Origin: Armatimonadetes bacterium UBA5419
GTDB lineage: Bacteria > Armatimonadota > UBA10988
Direction of reading: 5' to 3'
DNA: 44,332 bases
Assembly (NCBI GenBank): GCA_002409445.1
Contig: DHNJ01000120.1
Span: 21,444 to 65,775, forward strand
This document shows positions 27,727-37,918 of the stretch, in pieces (the stretch's first letter is position 1; every line of letters begins with the position of its first letter). The position numbers were made by a program, and so were the translations under genes. The notes under the pieces were generated by a model. That model searched no databases. It was given only the letters and a program-made list of their open reading frames with translations, and was not told the origin of the DNA.

Positions 27727-29823
27727 TTAGAAGTCGAAGTCGTCGATGTTCGAGGCGTTGAAGACGAACGGCTTGCCCAGCAGTACCTCGTCGCCAGCGA
27801 CTTCCAGCGTACCGAGCCGGCCGGCCGCCAGGCTTGTTGCGCCGGGCTGCAGGTCGCCGGTGACCAGCGCCTTCGAGGCCAGGACGGTCAGGTAGCCGAG
27901 GTCGACCGTGTTCCAGAGGACGATGCAGTCGACGACGCCGTCCTTGATGAAGGTGCGGCAGAGATTCGGCAGCGACAGGCCGATGACTTTGACGTCGGCG
28001 CGCCCCGACTGCTGCACCGCCTCGGCCGCACCGGGCACCGCGGGCGCGGCGATGGCCATGATTAGTTTGACGTTCGGATGCGCGGCGAGGATGTCCTGGG
28101 CCTTGCGGAAGGCCAGGTCGCGTTTGTCATCGCTCGGCTCGATCGTCTTGAGCGTGATGTTCGGATAGCGCTCGGCGAGGCGGGCGCGGATGACCTTGAT
28201 CCAGTCGTTCTGGTTCGAGGCGGTCAGCGAGGCGCTGATGATCGCGAACTCGCCCCGCTCGCCCATGACCCGCGCCGCCTCGTCCATCAGCGTCTGGCCA
28301 ATGCCCTCGGCCGTGGCCTGGTTGATGAAGTAGTCGCGCGCGTCCTTCTCCGAGTCGGCGTCCCAAGTAACGACCTTGATGCCGCGCTGCCGCGCCTTGC
28401 GGAGGACGGTCGAGATAGCCGCCTGGTTCTCCACGCTGACGGCGATCGCGTCGACTCCGCGCGTGATCCAGGCCTCGACAACCTCGTTCTGCTTCGAGGC
28501 GTCCGGCTGCGTCGGCCCGTCCCACAGCAGCTCGACGTTGGCTTCCTGGGCCGCCTCCTCAGCGCCCAGGCGGCACGAGACGAAGTACGCGTCGCCCTTG
28601 TTCTTGGGCATCAGCGCGATGGTCGGGCGCGCGGCCGGCGTTGGCTCCGGCGCGGTCGGCGCGGCGACCGGCGCCGGCGCGGCGACAACCGGGCCGGCCG
28701 CGACAGGCGCCAAGCGGCTGACCAGCATCCAGTTGCCAGCGGCAACGATCAGGGCGCTGACAACCATGGCCAGGCTCAATGTGAACACGTGCGAGGTCTT
28801 CATCTCGAACTCCTCCGCGCTCAGGGGCGCGGGCACCGGGGCGCTGGGCTGAGCCCAACGATAGGCAAGGATGGCGGAAATCAGCAATGCGCCGGTCAGC
28901 ACCTGGGCCAACTCGGCGGGCAGCGCGGCCAGGCGCAGCCCGTTCTCCAGGACGACAATCGCCGCGAGGCCGAGCAGCGTGCCCAGGATCGTGCCGCGGC
29001 CGCCGGTGATGGCGGTGCCGCCGAGGACGACCGCGGTGATGGCGATCAGTTCGTAGCCGGTGCCGGCGTCGGCCTTAGCCTGGCCCAAGCGCGCGACGTA
29101 GACCAGCGCGGCGGCAGCGGACATCAGGCCCGATAGCACGTAGACCAGCGTCAGCCGCCGAGCCACCGGCAGGCCGGTGAAGTGGGCACCCTCGATGCTG
29201 CTGCCGATGGCGTACAGCCCGCGCCCCTGCGGCGTGCGGTGCAGCAGCAGCCAGTAGCCGGCCGCGGCGAGTAGCAAGACGGGCAGCTGGTAGGGCAGGC
29301 CGAGCAGGTAGCTCTGGCCCAGCGCCAAGTAGCCGGGCGGGAACTTGCTGTAGCTGACCATGCCGCCGGTCAAGCCCTCGGCCAGCCCGCGGAACAGCGA
29401 GAATGTGCCGAGGGTGACAATCAACGCGGGGATGCGGCCGCGGGCGATCAGCAGTGCGTTCAAGCCGCCGGCAAGCGCCCCCAGCCCGAGCACTGCCAGC
29501 GCCGCGGCACCGGGCGCCAAGCCCTGCACCTCGACCAGCCAGCCCATGGTCACCGCACTCAGGCCCATCAGCGAGCCGACCGACAGGTCGATGCCGCCGG
29601 TGACGATGATTGGGGTCATGGCCAGCGCGAGGAGGCCGACCTCGACCCCCAGGCGGACCAGCTCGGCGGCGTTCTCGGCGGTGGCGAAGTTGCGGCCGAG
29701 GACCGCGAAAGCTGCCAGCTCGATGATCAGCAGGAGCGCGAGCGCCCACTCGCGGTTGGGGAACCAGCGCTCGGCCCACGACTGGCGGACGGCGATCTGG
29801 CGCGGCGGAGTCTGGTTAGCCAT
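27727..29823 (-). CDS. Fused sugar ABC permease (RbsC/RhaQ/LsrD-type) and substrate-binding protein (RhaS/LsrB-type)
   Basis: N-half GGIDLSVGS and YEL.AITAVVLGGT.I.GG.G; C-half PK..GD.YF, WDGPT, VVTWDAD, LWNTVDLGY and NIDDFDF. Confidence 0.88.
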   Translation of the reverse strand: MANQTPPRQIAVRQSWAERWFPNREWALALLLIIELAAFAVLGRNFATAENAAELVRLGVEVGLLALAMTPIIVTGGIDLSVGSLMGLSAVTMGWLVEVQGLAPGAAALAVLGLGALAGGLNALLIARGRIPALIVTLGTFSLFRGLAEGLTGGMVSYSKFPPGYLALGQSYLLGLPYQLPVLLLAAAGYWLLLHRTPQGRGLYAIGSSIEGAHFTGLPVARRLTLVYVLSGLMSAAAALVYVARLGQAKADAGTGYELIAITAVVLGGTAITGGRGTILGTLLGLAAIVVLENGLRLAALPAELAQVLTGALLISAILAYRWAQPSAPVPAPLSAEEFEMKTSHVFTLSLAMVVSALIVAAGNWMLVSRLAPVAAGPVVAAPAPVAAPTAPEPTPAARPTIALMPKNKGDAYFVSCRLGAEEAAQEANVELLWDGPTQPDASKQNEVVEAWITRGVDAIAVSVENQAAISTVLRKARQRGIKVVTWDADSEKDARDYFINQATAEGIGQTLMDEAARVMGERGEFAIISASLTASNQNDWIKVIRARLAERYPNITLKTIEPSDDKRDLAFRKAQDILAAHPNVKLIMAIAAPAVPGAAEAVQQSGRADVKVIGLSLPNLCRTFIKDGVVDCIVLWNTVDLGYLTVLASKALVTGDLQPGATSLAAGRLGTLEVAGDEVLLGKPFVFNASNIDDFDF

Positions 29824-30754
29824 CGACCCGCCCTCCCCGGCGCCACTGGCCGTCGGCGGTCACGGCGAGCAAGATGATGAGGCCCTGGATCGCCTTGGCC
29901 CAGGCGGCGTTGATGCCCTGGAAGGTCAGCACCGTGCCGATGACGCCGAGCAGCGCAACGCCGATCAGCGTCCCCCAGAGCGAGCCACGGCCGCCGTTGA
30001 TGGACGTGCCGCCGACGACGACACAGGCGATGACCTGCAACTCCAGGCCGAGACCGCCGCTGCTGGGCACGTCACGGAAGCGGAAGGCGTCGAGGCAGGC
30101 GGCCAGGCCGGTCAGCGCGCCGAGGGCGACGAAGCTCCAGAAGTAGACCTGCGGCGGCCGCAAGCCGACCAGCCGCGCGGCCTCTTCGTCGGCGCCCACC
30201 GCGTACAGCGCGCGCCCGCCGGCGACCCAGCCGAAGACGTAGACAGCGACCGCGAAGACGACCAGGGCGGCGATGATGATCAGGATCTGGCCGGTTTCCT
30301 GGCCCAGGCCGAGCCATTGGTAGCCGGGCGGCAGGTCGAGCACCCACCGCCCTTGCGTCGCCCATTGCAGCGCACCGCGCAGGCCGACCATCGTCGCCAG
30401 TGTGGCGATGATCGCGGGGATCTGGGCCCGGACGACCAGCCAACCGTTGAGGGCGCCCAGCAACGCGCCGACGACCGGCACCAAGAAGAGGAGCAGAACT
30501 GGTGGCAGCCCAGACTTGACGGCCAGCCCGCCGAGATAGGCGCAGACGGCCAGGACGGAGCCGACGGACAGGTCAATGTTGCCGGTCAAGATGACAGCCA
30601 TCATGCCGATCGCACAGATGAGGATCTTGGCGTTGTCGACGCCCAGGTTGACCAGCGTAGCTGGCGCGAAGAAGCGCGGCGCCGTGATGCTGACGACCAC
30701 CAGCAGCACCACCAGTGCCGCGCCGACGGCCAGTTCGCGCCGGAAGCGAGACAT
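29816..30754 (-). CDS. Sugar ABC transporter permease (RbsC/RhaP-type)
   Basis: GNIDLSVGS and LELQVIACVVVGGTSINGGRG. Confidence 0.92.
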   Translation of the reverse strand: MSRFRRELAVGAALVVLLVVVSITAPRFFAPATLVNLGVDNAKILICAIGMMAVILTGNIDLSVGSVLAVCAYLGGLAVKSGLPPVLLLFLVPVVGALLGALNGWLVVRAQIPAIIATLATMVGLRGALQWATQGRWVLDLPPGYQWLGLGQETGQILIIIAALVVFAVAVYVFGWVAGGRALYAVGADEEAARLVGLRPPQVYFWSFVALGALTGLAACLDAFRFRDVPSSGGLGLELQVIACVVVGGTSINGGRGSLWGTLIGVALLGVIGTVLTFQGINAAWAKAIQGLIILLAVTADGQWRRGGRVDG

Positions 30755-32262
30755 CAGGCGACCTCCTGCGCTTGGCCCAGCGCCAGGCTGAGCACCCGCT
30801 CCGGCGTGGCCGCCGCCCGCTCCAGCACCGCGACGAGGCGCCCCTCGCGCATCACGCCGACGCGATCCGCTAGGCCGAGCACCTCGTTGAGTTCGGAGGA
30901 GATCAACAGGACACCCGCACCCTCGTCGGCAAGCTGGGCCAAGATTCGATGGATTTCGGCCTTGGCGCCGACGTCGACGCCTTGGGTTGGCTCGTCGACG
31001 ATGAAGACCGCAGGCTTGGCGGCCAACCAGCGGGCGAGGGCCACCTTCTGCTGGTTGCCGCCGGACAGGTGGCCGGTGGGGGTGAAGATCGATGGCGTGC
31101 GCACGTCGAGCTGGGTCAGTAGGTCGGCACTAACGCGCGTCTCGGCTACCGCGTCCATCAGGCCGTTGTGCGTCAGTCGCGGCAGCACCGCCAAGGTGGC
31201 GTTGGCGCGATTGCTCAAGTCGCCGATGATGCCGTGGCGCCGGCGGTCCTCGGGCACGTAGGCGATGCCTGCGTCAACCGCCTGCCGCGCGTGGCGCAGC
31301 GAGAGGGCCTGGCCGCGCAGTTGTACCTCGCCGTTGCTGATCGGCTCTAGCCCGAACAAGGCGCGCGCCAGTTCGGTGCGCCCCGAACCGACCAGCCCTG
31401 CCAGGCCGAGAATCTCGCCCGGCCGCAGGTCGAACGACACCTCGCGCAGGCCACTCGCCGCGCTCGACAAGCCGCGCACGCGCAGCAGCGGCTCCGCCGT
31501 GCCGTCGAAGGCTACCGCGCGTGCGGGGTAGAGGTCACCCAGGGCGCGGCCGACCATCGCGGCGATGAGCCGCTCGGTGTCGACCTCGTTGATCGCCCAG
31601 GTGCCCACCGTCGCGCCATCGCGCAGGACCGTGACGCGGTCAGCGAGGGCGAAGACCTCCTCCAGGCGGTGGGTGATGTAGACGATGCCCAGGCCCTGGG
31701 CACGAAGCTCGCGCAGGACATCGAAGAGCTGATGGGCTTGTTCGGCAGGTAGACAGGCGGTCGGCTCGTCGAGGATCAGAAGCTTGGCGTCGGTACCCAG
31801 CGCGCGGGCGATCTCGACCCACTGCTGCTCGGGCATGCTGAGGCTGCTGACCAGGCGGCGTGGGTCGATGGAGGCGCCGACACGAGCCAGCAGTTCCGCC
31901 GCACGGGCGTGCCGGGCACGCCAGTTGACGCGGCGGGTCAAGCGCGGATCCTCGGCGCCTAGGTTGAGGTTCTCGGCGACAGTCAAGGTGGAGAAGAGTG
32001 CTGGCTGCTGATAGATGGCGGCGATTCCCAGGCTCTTGGAGCTGCGCGGGTCATGGCCGGCCAGAGGCTCGCCAGCGAACTCCAGGCTACCAGCATCGGC
32101 GGCAACGGCCCCGGTGAAGACCTTGATCAGCGTAGACTTGCCGGCCCCGTTCTCACCGACCAGCGCGTGGATCTCCCCGGGCTGAACGTCAAACGTGACG
32201 CCGGCGAGGGCGCGGACGCCCGGGTATACCTTCTCGATCTCGGTCGCTCGCAACAAGGCCAT
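30754..32262 (-). CDS. Sugar ABC transporter ATP-binding protein (RbsA/RhaT-type, tandem NBD)
   Basis: GENGAGKST, LDEPT, GLVGSGRTE, LSGGNQQK and DEPTQGVDVGAK. Confidence 0.95.
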   Translation of the reverse strand: MALLRATEIEKVYPGVRALAGVTFDVQPGEIHALVGENGAGKSTLIKVFTGAVAADAGSLEFAGEPLAGHDPRSSKSLGIAAIYQQPALFSTLTVAENLNLGAEDPRLTRRVNWRARHARAAELLARVGASIDPRRLVSSLSMPEQQWVEIARALGTDAKLLILDEPTACLPAEQAHQLFDVLRELRAQGLGIVYITHRLEEVFALADRVTVLRDGATVGTWAINEVDTERLIAAMVGRALGDLYPARAVAFDGTAEPLLRVRGLSSAASGLREVSFDLRPGEILGLAGLVGSGRTELARALFGLEPISNGEVQLRGQALSLRHARQAVDAGIAYVPEDRRRHGIIGDLSNRANATLAVLPRLTHNGLMDAVAETRVSADLLTQLDVRTPSIFTPTGHLSGGNQQKVALARWLAAKPAVFIVDEPTQGVDVGAKAEIHRILAQLADEGAGVLLISSELNEVLGLADRVGVMREGRLVAVLERAAATPERVLSLALGQAQEVA

Positions 32263-32337
32263 ACCGCGGCACCCACGCTCCGGGAAGCGTCTTTCCCCAC
32301 ACGGGGCGCGGCTCCTCCCTACACAGCGCGGCCGCCG

Positions 32338-33402
32338 CTAGAGGACTTCGGCACGGCTCTGGTCCGAGAGCATGAACCGGTTGACCCTCGGTCGGCCTGT
32401 CGCCCCGACAAGCTCGACTTCGTCGCCCAGCAGCGAGCCCTCAATGCGCGGCTGCACATCCAGGATCTGGCAGCCGCGGAGGACGATGCTGTAGTCGATC
32501 TCGCTGCTGCGGATGTGGCAGTCTGGGCCCAGCGCGGTGAACGGGCCGATGTAGCTATCCTCAACGCGGGTCCCCGCACCGATGATGCACGGTCCGCGCA
32601 GCACGCTGGACGTCACCGTCGCACCGGCCTCGACCACCACGTTGCCCGAGACCGTCGTCGCCGCGTCGACCGCGCCCTCGATGCGCCCAGGCATGTGCTC
32701 CAGCACGAGCCGGTTTGCTTCGAGCAGGTCGATCGGCTTGCCAGTGTCCTTCCACCAGCCGGTGATCTCGGAGTAGGTGACGACGCGGTCGTGGTCGATC
32801 AGCCACTGGTGCGCGTCGCTGATCTCCAGTTCACCGCGGGCCGAGGGCTGGATGGCGTGGGCGGCCTCGAAGATGCTGGAGTCGTAGAGGTAGATGCCGG
32901 CCACGGCAAACTTGCTCTTGGGATTGGCAGGCTTCTCTTCGACGCCGATGATGCGGCCGTCGCGCAGCTCGGGCACGCCGAACCGCTCCGGGTCACGCAC
33001 GGCGGCGAGGGTCAGGTGGCAGTTGGAGCCGAGCTGCTCGAACTCCTCGACGAACCGGCCGACGCCGCCGACGATCATGTTGTCGCCAAGGTAGAAGATG
33101 AACGGCTCATCGCCGATGAACGGCTGAGCGATCTTGATCACGTGCGCCAGACCCAGCGGCGCCTCCTGCGGGATGTGCGTCAGGTGCACGCCCCAGGCGG
33201 AGCCGTCGCCCAACCGCCGCGGCACTTCGTCGCTGTCAGCCGAGTAGACGACGCCGATCTGCGTGATGCCGGCGTCGCGCACGGCTTCGATGGCGTAGTG
33301 CAGCATTGGCTTATTGGCCACGGGGATCAGGTGCTTGTTCTTGGTGTGAGTGATCGGCCGCAGCCGGGTGCCCCGGCCGCCGCTGGTGATAAGCGCTTTC
33401 AC
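32338..33402 (-). CDS. rfbA: Glucose-1-phosphate thymidylyltransferase, long form
   Basis: GG.GTRLRPITHT..K.L.PVANKP, EKP, SARGELEI and WWKDTG; C-terminal hexapeptide repeats. Confidence 0.9.
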   Translation of the reverse strand: MKALITSGGRGTRLRPITHTKNKHLIPVANKPMLHYAIEAVRDAGITQIGVVYSADSDEVPRRLGDGSAWGVHLTHIPQEAPLGLAHVIKIAQPFIGDEPFIFYLGDNMIVGGVGRFVEEFEQLGSNCHLTLAAVRDPERFGVPELRDGRIIGVEEKPANPKSKFAVAGIYLYDSSIFEAAHAIQPSARGELEISDAHQWLIDHDRVVTYSEITGWWKDTGKPIDLLEANRLVLEHMPGRIEGAVDAATTVSGNVVVEAGATVTSSVLRGPCIIGAGTRVEDSYIGPFTALGPDCHIRSSEIDYSIVLRGCQILDVQPRIEGSLLGDEVELVGATGRPRVNRFMLSDQSRAEVL

Positions 33403-33414
33403 GGAGGGACCGCC

Positions 33415-34374
33415 TTACTCGCGTCGGAAGTCGGGCGTCAGCAGGCCACGTAGAGGTTCACCGGAGAAGTATTGGACGACGTTGCGCGCGCCATGGACCT
33501 TGAGCTCATGCTGCGACTGGACGCTTAGGTAGCCAACGTGGGGCGTGACCAGAACGTCGTCGCGGTGGAGGAGGGGGTGGTCCGCAGGTGGAGGTTCGAC
33601 CGCCAGCGCATCGAGGGCCGCACCAGCCAGCCGGCCGTGGTCCAGCGCGTCGATCAGCGCGGCCTCGTCGACCAGGCTGCCGCGTGCCGTGTTGACCAGG
33701 TATGCGGTCGGCTTCATCTTGGCGAGCGCCGCCGCGTCAATCAGCGGGCGGCCGTCGGGAAGGGCGGGGCAGAGCAGACAGACGATGTCGCTCTCGGCCA
33801 ACAAGAGGTCTAGCTCGACCTGCTCCACGCCGGTCGGCACGCCGAGGACGTACGGGTCGTAGCCGATGATGTCCATGCCCAGGCCGTGCGCGACGGCGGC
33901 CAGCCCCTGGCCCATGTTGCCCAGGCCAATGAGGCCAAGGATGAGGTCGGACGGCGCGCTCAGGTTCGGGCGGCCGCGGTAGCTACCCCACTGGCCAGCG
34001 TCGATCGTGGGCTTGGCGAACAGCAAGCCGCGGTTGAGAGCCAGCAGCAGCGCCAGCGTGTGAGCCACGGCCTCGTCGGTGCAGTAGCCAGGGCAGTCGG
34101 CGACGGCGACCCGGTGGTCGAGCGCGGCGGTGATATCCACGCCCCAGGGGCCGATACCGAGCCGTGAGATGAACTCTAAGTCCGGCAAGGCCTCGAACAC
34201 CTCGCGCGGGAAGGTCACGTGGCGGACCATCAGCGCCCGCGCCCCCTGACCGGCAGCGATCAGCTCTTCTGGCGAACTGCAGTCGATCGCCGCGAACTCC
34301 CAGCCCAGGCGCTCGAGCAGACGGCGCGCAGGGCCCTCGGTCCCCAGATCCCAGTCGGTGGCCACAACCTTCAC
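33415..34374 (-). CDS. D-isomer-specific 2-hydroxyacid dehydrogenase (CtBP/SerA-like)
   Basis: GLIGLGNMG, YDPY, NTARG.LVDE, D....EPP and TPH. Confidence 0.88.
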   Translation of the reverse strand: MKVVATDWDLGTEGPARRLLERLGWEFAAIDCSSPEELIAAGQGARALMVRHVTFPREVFEALPDLEFISRLGIGPWGVDITAALDHRVAVADCPGYCTDEAVAHTLALLLALNRGLLFAKPTIDAGQWGSYRGRPNLSAPSDLILGLIGLGNMGQGLAAVAHGLGMDIIGYDPYVLGVPTGVEQVELDLLLAESDIVCLLCPALPDGRPLIDAAALAKMKPTAYLVNTARGSLVDEAALIDALDHGRLAGAALDALAVEPPPADHPLLHRDDVLVTPHVGYLSVQSQHELKVHGARNVVQYFSGEPLRGLLTPDFRRE

Positions 34375-34441
34375 GTTCCGCGCTCCTCACCCCGCTCGCC
34401 ACAGCCCAGGTTCGCAGCGTGGCCGGCGGCTCCTTCTCGGA

Positions 34442-35164
34442 CTAGGGTAACCGACCCCGGCCCTCCGCGACGAACCGCCCCGCCAACCAACTGTGCCGCT
34501 CGTCGGCGAACACCAGGGCAATGCGCCCGACCAGCGTGTCCAGGCCGCCGTTCTCGACCGGCCCGTGCACCTCGTCGATCGCTAACCAGCAGGCCCAATC
34601 GTAGCGACTGCCAGTGACCAAAGCGGGCGTCGCACCGGCAGTGGCAGGCGCTTGGTGGTTGTAATAGGCAGCCGTCGTGGGCGCCAAAGGGTCACCCAGG
34701 GCACGGGTCCAGACGCCAACGGCCAGGTGCTCCGGGATCTCGATGTTCACGCTCTGGTCGTCGAGCGGTGCTGGCTGATCAGCAACGGACGTAGCGTTGG
34801 AGAAGCTAAGCCAGGTCGTCGGCTGCTGGTTCTCCTCGTCGGCACGGCAGGTTACCGCGCGGATGACCAGCGGCTGCCCGGCGATGCGGGCGGTGACTGG
34901 CTGGGCCGGCACGGAGTCTTCGCTGACCTGCTCAGACCAGACGAACGGCGCCACCGCCTCGGCCGGCGTAAACGCCGGCGAGGGTGCAATCGCCAGCGCG
35001 GACCGGAAGTAGTTGACCGGCTCCTCGGTCGGTGTCTGGGTGGCCGCGTCAGCCAGCTGGGCGCCAGCCTCGGCCAACGGCGACGGGACCGGCGGCCGAT
35101 TGCCACAGCCCGCCAGCAGGGCGCAGAGGAGCACAGCGCCAACTCCTGCTCGCCCTCTGCCCAT
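34442..35164 (-). CDS. Hypothetical lipoprotein
   Basis: Lipobox LLAGC; starts 2 nt after the stop of the upstream CDS. Confidence 0.65.
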   Translation of the reverse strand: MGRGRAGVGAVLLCALLAGCGNRPPVPSPLAEAGAQLADAATQTPTEEPVNYFRSALAIAPSPAFTPAEAVAPFVWSEQVSEDSVPAQPVTARIAGQPLVIRAVTCRADEENQQPTTWLSFSNATSVADQPAPLDDQSVNIEIPEHLAVGVWTRALGDPLAPTTAAYYNHQAPATAGATPALVTGSRYDWACWLAIDEVHGPVENGGLDTLVGRIALVFADERHSWLAGRFVAEGRGRLP

Positions 35165-35166
35165 GC

Positions 35167-37029
35167 CTATCTCCGCTCCAAGATGACGAAGGTGTCGTGA
35201 TCGGCCGCGACCAGTTCACGGTACCAGTGTAACGCCTCGGGCACTTGCGTCTCGGCCAACAGCGGCTGGTTCAGCGCGACGGTGCGTCGGTACTCGATGG
35301 CCTGACCGGTCTGCTGGTAGGTCACCTGCCACTCGCCCCAGGCGGCGCGGCGGCCCGCCGCGGCCGGTAGTTCGCGCACCGTTAAGGCTTCGGGTAGCTG
35401 CAGCGTCAGGTGGTCTTCGGTCGTCTGCGGTGCGATCTCTAGCCGCACGGGCCCGCCCAGGTCACCAAGTAACGCCGCCGGCAGGCTTGCCCGTTCCAGC
35501 ACCGCGCCGCGTAGCGCTAACCACCGCTGGCCGCGGGCGTAGGGCTGCGGGGGGAGCTGGTAGCGCAGCGCAAACGGCTGGTCCATCGCGGCCGGCGGCG
35601 TGGACTCGACGGACTCGGGCGCCACGTTCAGGCCGAGCTGCTGGGTCAACGCCGCGCCGACCCGCCCCAGGCCGCCGGCCGCGATCGCCCGCCGCAGCGC
35701 CTGCTCGTAGCCGCCAGTCGCCGTGACCTCGACGCTCCCGCTGAGCTGGCCGTCGGCGCTGAGGGTGAACTCGCCGCTGCGGCGCCGGTGGTTGGCCGCC
35801 GCGGGTGGGATGGGCAGTACGCCCCACTGTACTGTGTCGTCGGTGATGACGAGCGCCTGCGCACCGTGGATATCGGGCGGCGGATAGCTGGCGGGGCCGA
35901 AGCGCCAGGTCGGGTCGAACCAGCGCCACCCGCGTTCGGCGGCGACGGCGACCACGACGTGGTTGAACTGCACCATCGCGGGTACGGTCTCGACCAGCGG
36001 GCCGGCCGGCAGCGTACGCACGAGCGCGGGCCAGGCGTCCACGCCGGCGGCGCGGAGCATGGTGATCAGCAGTGTGGCGCTGTCCTTGCAGTCACCCAGA
36101 CGCAGGTCGAAGGTCTCCGTCGCGGGACGCGGCACAGTGCTCGGCGCACCGGCCTCCAGCGCGCCGGCCTTGTAGTCGATCTGGGTCACGACGTAGTTGT
36201 AGAGGGCCTGCGCGGGGTCGGCCTGGCCCTCGGTCTCCCGCTGCACCGCACGCTCCAGCGCGCCGTGCCAGCGGTACTGCAGGTCGGCCGCTTGGCGGTA
36301 GCGTGCGCCGACGGCTTGCCAGTCGGGCACGCTGGAGACCAGCAGCGTGGTAGGGTCGGCCGCGGGCAGGTTGTGGGCTGACCAAGTGTGCTCGGTCGCG
36401 CCCTCGACGGTGCGCACGCGGACGGGTTCGGCGAACTGCACGGGGTCGCTGGCCAGCGGGGTGGCGGCGGGCAGGGTGGCGGTGTAGGTGGCACGGAGGA
36501 CGGGCTCGGGCTGACCCAGCGGCCAAAGGTCGGAGAGACCTTCGGGCTGGCTCGGCCGGACGTCGTTGAGGTGGACTTCAAAATCCAGCGCCGCGCCGGG
36601 CTCCAGGGTCGGGTAGGCCAGCCAGTAGTGGTCGACCTCGTCGAACGGGCCCACCTGCGCGTGTTGCAGGGTAACGGGGCGCAGGTCGGTCAGACCGACG
36701 CCCGGGCGCCAGATGCGTGCCTCGCGCACCTCGACGGACTGGTCCGGCCCGAAGTAACCCAGCTCGACGCGGCCCTCGCCGCGGCCGGCATGCACGATGG
36801 CCAGGGTGCCCACCAGGCGCCGCGTCACAGTCCCGTCGGCCTCCCAGCGAACATGCCGCTCGCGGCGCAGCCAGACAGCGGGGCTACGGGTCGCGTCCGG
36901 TTGGGGCGCGAGCGCTAGGTGCACGGCCAGGTCGGCCGGTGGCGCGGGCGGCGGAGGTGGGCCTGGAGGCTGGGCGTGGGCGCTCGCAATGAGCCAGGTA
37001 CCGAGGAGCCAGAGGAGGAACGGACGCAC
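35167..37029 (-). CDS. Secreted DUF3857 + transglutaminase-like domain protein
   Basis: Signal peptide; GDCKD.A.LL...LR..G, FNH.VV and W...DPT. Confidence 0.85.
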   Translation of the reverse strand: MRPFLLWLLGTWLIASAHAQPPGPPPPPAPPADLAVHLALAPQPDATRSPAVWLRRERHVRWEADGTVTRRLVGTLAIVHAGRGEGRVELGYFGPDQSVEVREARIWRPGVGLTDLRPVTLQHAQVGPFDEVDHYWLAYPTLEPGAALDFEVHLNDVRPSQPEGLSDLWPLGQPEPVLRATYTATLPAATPLASDPVQFAEPVRVRTVEGATEHTWSAHNLPAADPTTLLVSSVPDWQAVGARYRQAADLQYRWHGALERAVQRETEGQADPAQALYNYVVTQIDYKAGALEAGAPSTVPRPATETFDLRLGDCKDSATLLITMLRAAGVDAWPALVRTLPAGPLVETVPAMVQFNHVVVAVAAERGWRWFDPTWRFGPASYPPPDIHGAQALVITDDTVQWGVLPIPPAAANHRRRSGEFTLSADGQLSGSVEVTATGGYEQALRRAIAAGGLGRVGAALTQQLGLNVAPESVESTPPAAMDQPFALRYQLPPQPYARGQRWLALRGAVLERASLPAALLGDLGGPVRLEIAPQTTEDHLTLQLPEALTVRELPAAAGRRAAWGEWQVTYQQTGQAIEYRRTVALNQPLLAETQVPEALHWYRELVAADHDTFVILERR

Positions 37030-37054
37030 GGCTAGCCCACCAAGGCCGCCGTCG

Positions 37055-37918
37055 TCAACAAGTCACATCGCGTTGCAGAAACCGCCATAGCCCCGCCGCC
37101 GCAAAGCAGAAGATCGTTACACAGTGTACCCGAACCATAGGCCAGATGGCGGCTGCCGGGAACTGCAGGGCGCCAGTTGCTGGGTCGAAGCTGTTCGGGT
37201 ACGCCTTGGTGTGGTCTAACAGGTAGGTGGTGAACACATACGGCTTCAGTGGCTCCACCCATTCGTACGGTAGCCCGGTGATGATCTGCAGGGTGATCAG
37301 GATCCCGACGGCAAACATGCCGGGCAGCAGCGCGTTATCCAGCCAACTGCCCAGGGCCACGGCGATCGTGCCCGCCGTCATCACCGACAGTGTTAACAGC
37401 GAATAAGACAGCGCCACGTAAGCCAGGCCTTCGCGTGGGGTGAGCACGATGAGCTTGCCGTTGTGCAGATCACCGGCGGAGTAGAGCTTGCCCCAGCCGA
37501 AGAATAGGCCGCCCAGCAGCAGGCTCAGTCCCATCAATGCGGCGGAGACGGACAGCGCATAGATCCATGCCGTGGCGTACTTAGCTAACCAGATTTGCGC
37601 GCGCCGCCGCGGGCGGACCAGGATGGTGCGCAGAACGCCCGTCGCGCCGTCGCCACCGACGATCTCGCCCACGACCACCGGCACCAGGTAGAGCAGCAGT
37701 ATGGCGACCGTCAAGCTCGCGCCCTGGCTGACCATCAGTGCGTTGCGCGTGTCGCCGACGATCTCGAGGCCGGCGCCGCCGCCACGGCTGGAGAAGCGCC
37801 CGAATTCGCGCATGCCCCAGGTCACCATCGTCACCAACAGCGCAAGCGCGCCGTACAAGTAGTACGGAGCCAGGCGCCGGTAGAAGCGGTGCAGCTCCCA
37901 GCGGATGAGGGTGATCAC
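37055..37918 (-). CDS. ABC-2 type transporter permease
   Basis: About six hydrophobic segments; G.LRT.LVRP..R..I..AK; C-terminal F..RDV. Confidence 0.85.
   Translation of the reverse strand: MITLIRWELHRFYRRLAPYYLYGALALLVTMVTWGMREFGRFSSRGGGAGLEIVGDTRNALMVSQGASLTVAILLLYLVPVVVGEIVGGDGATGVLRTILVRPRRRAQIWLAKYATAWIYALSVSAALMGLSLLLGGLFFGWGKLYSAGDLHNGKLIVLTPREGLAYVALSYSLLTLSVMTAGTIAVALGSWLDNALLPGMFAVGILITLQIITGLPYEWVEPLKPYVFTTYLLDHTKAYPNSFDPATGALQFPAAAIWPMVRVHCVTIFCFAAAGLWRFLQRDVTC

Noticed and set aside
29360-33453. Long plus-strand ORFs of 633 aa and 466 aa
   Set aside because: Shadows of the ABC permease, ATPase and rmlA genes
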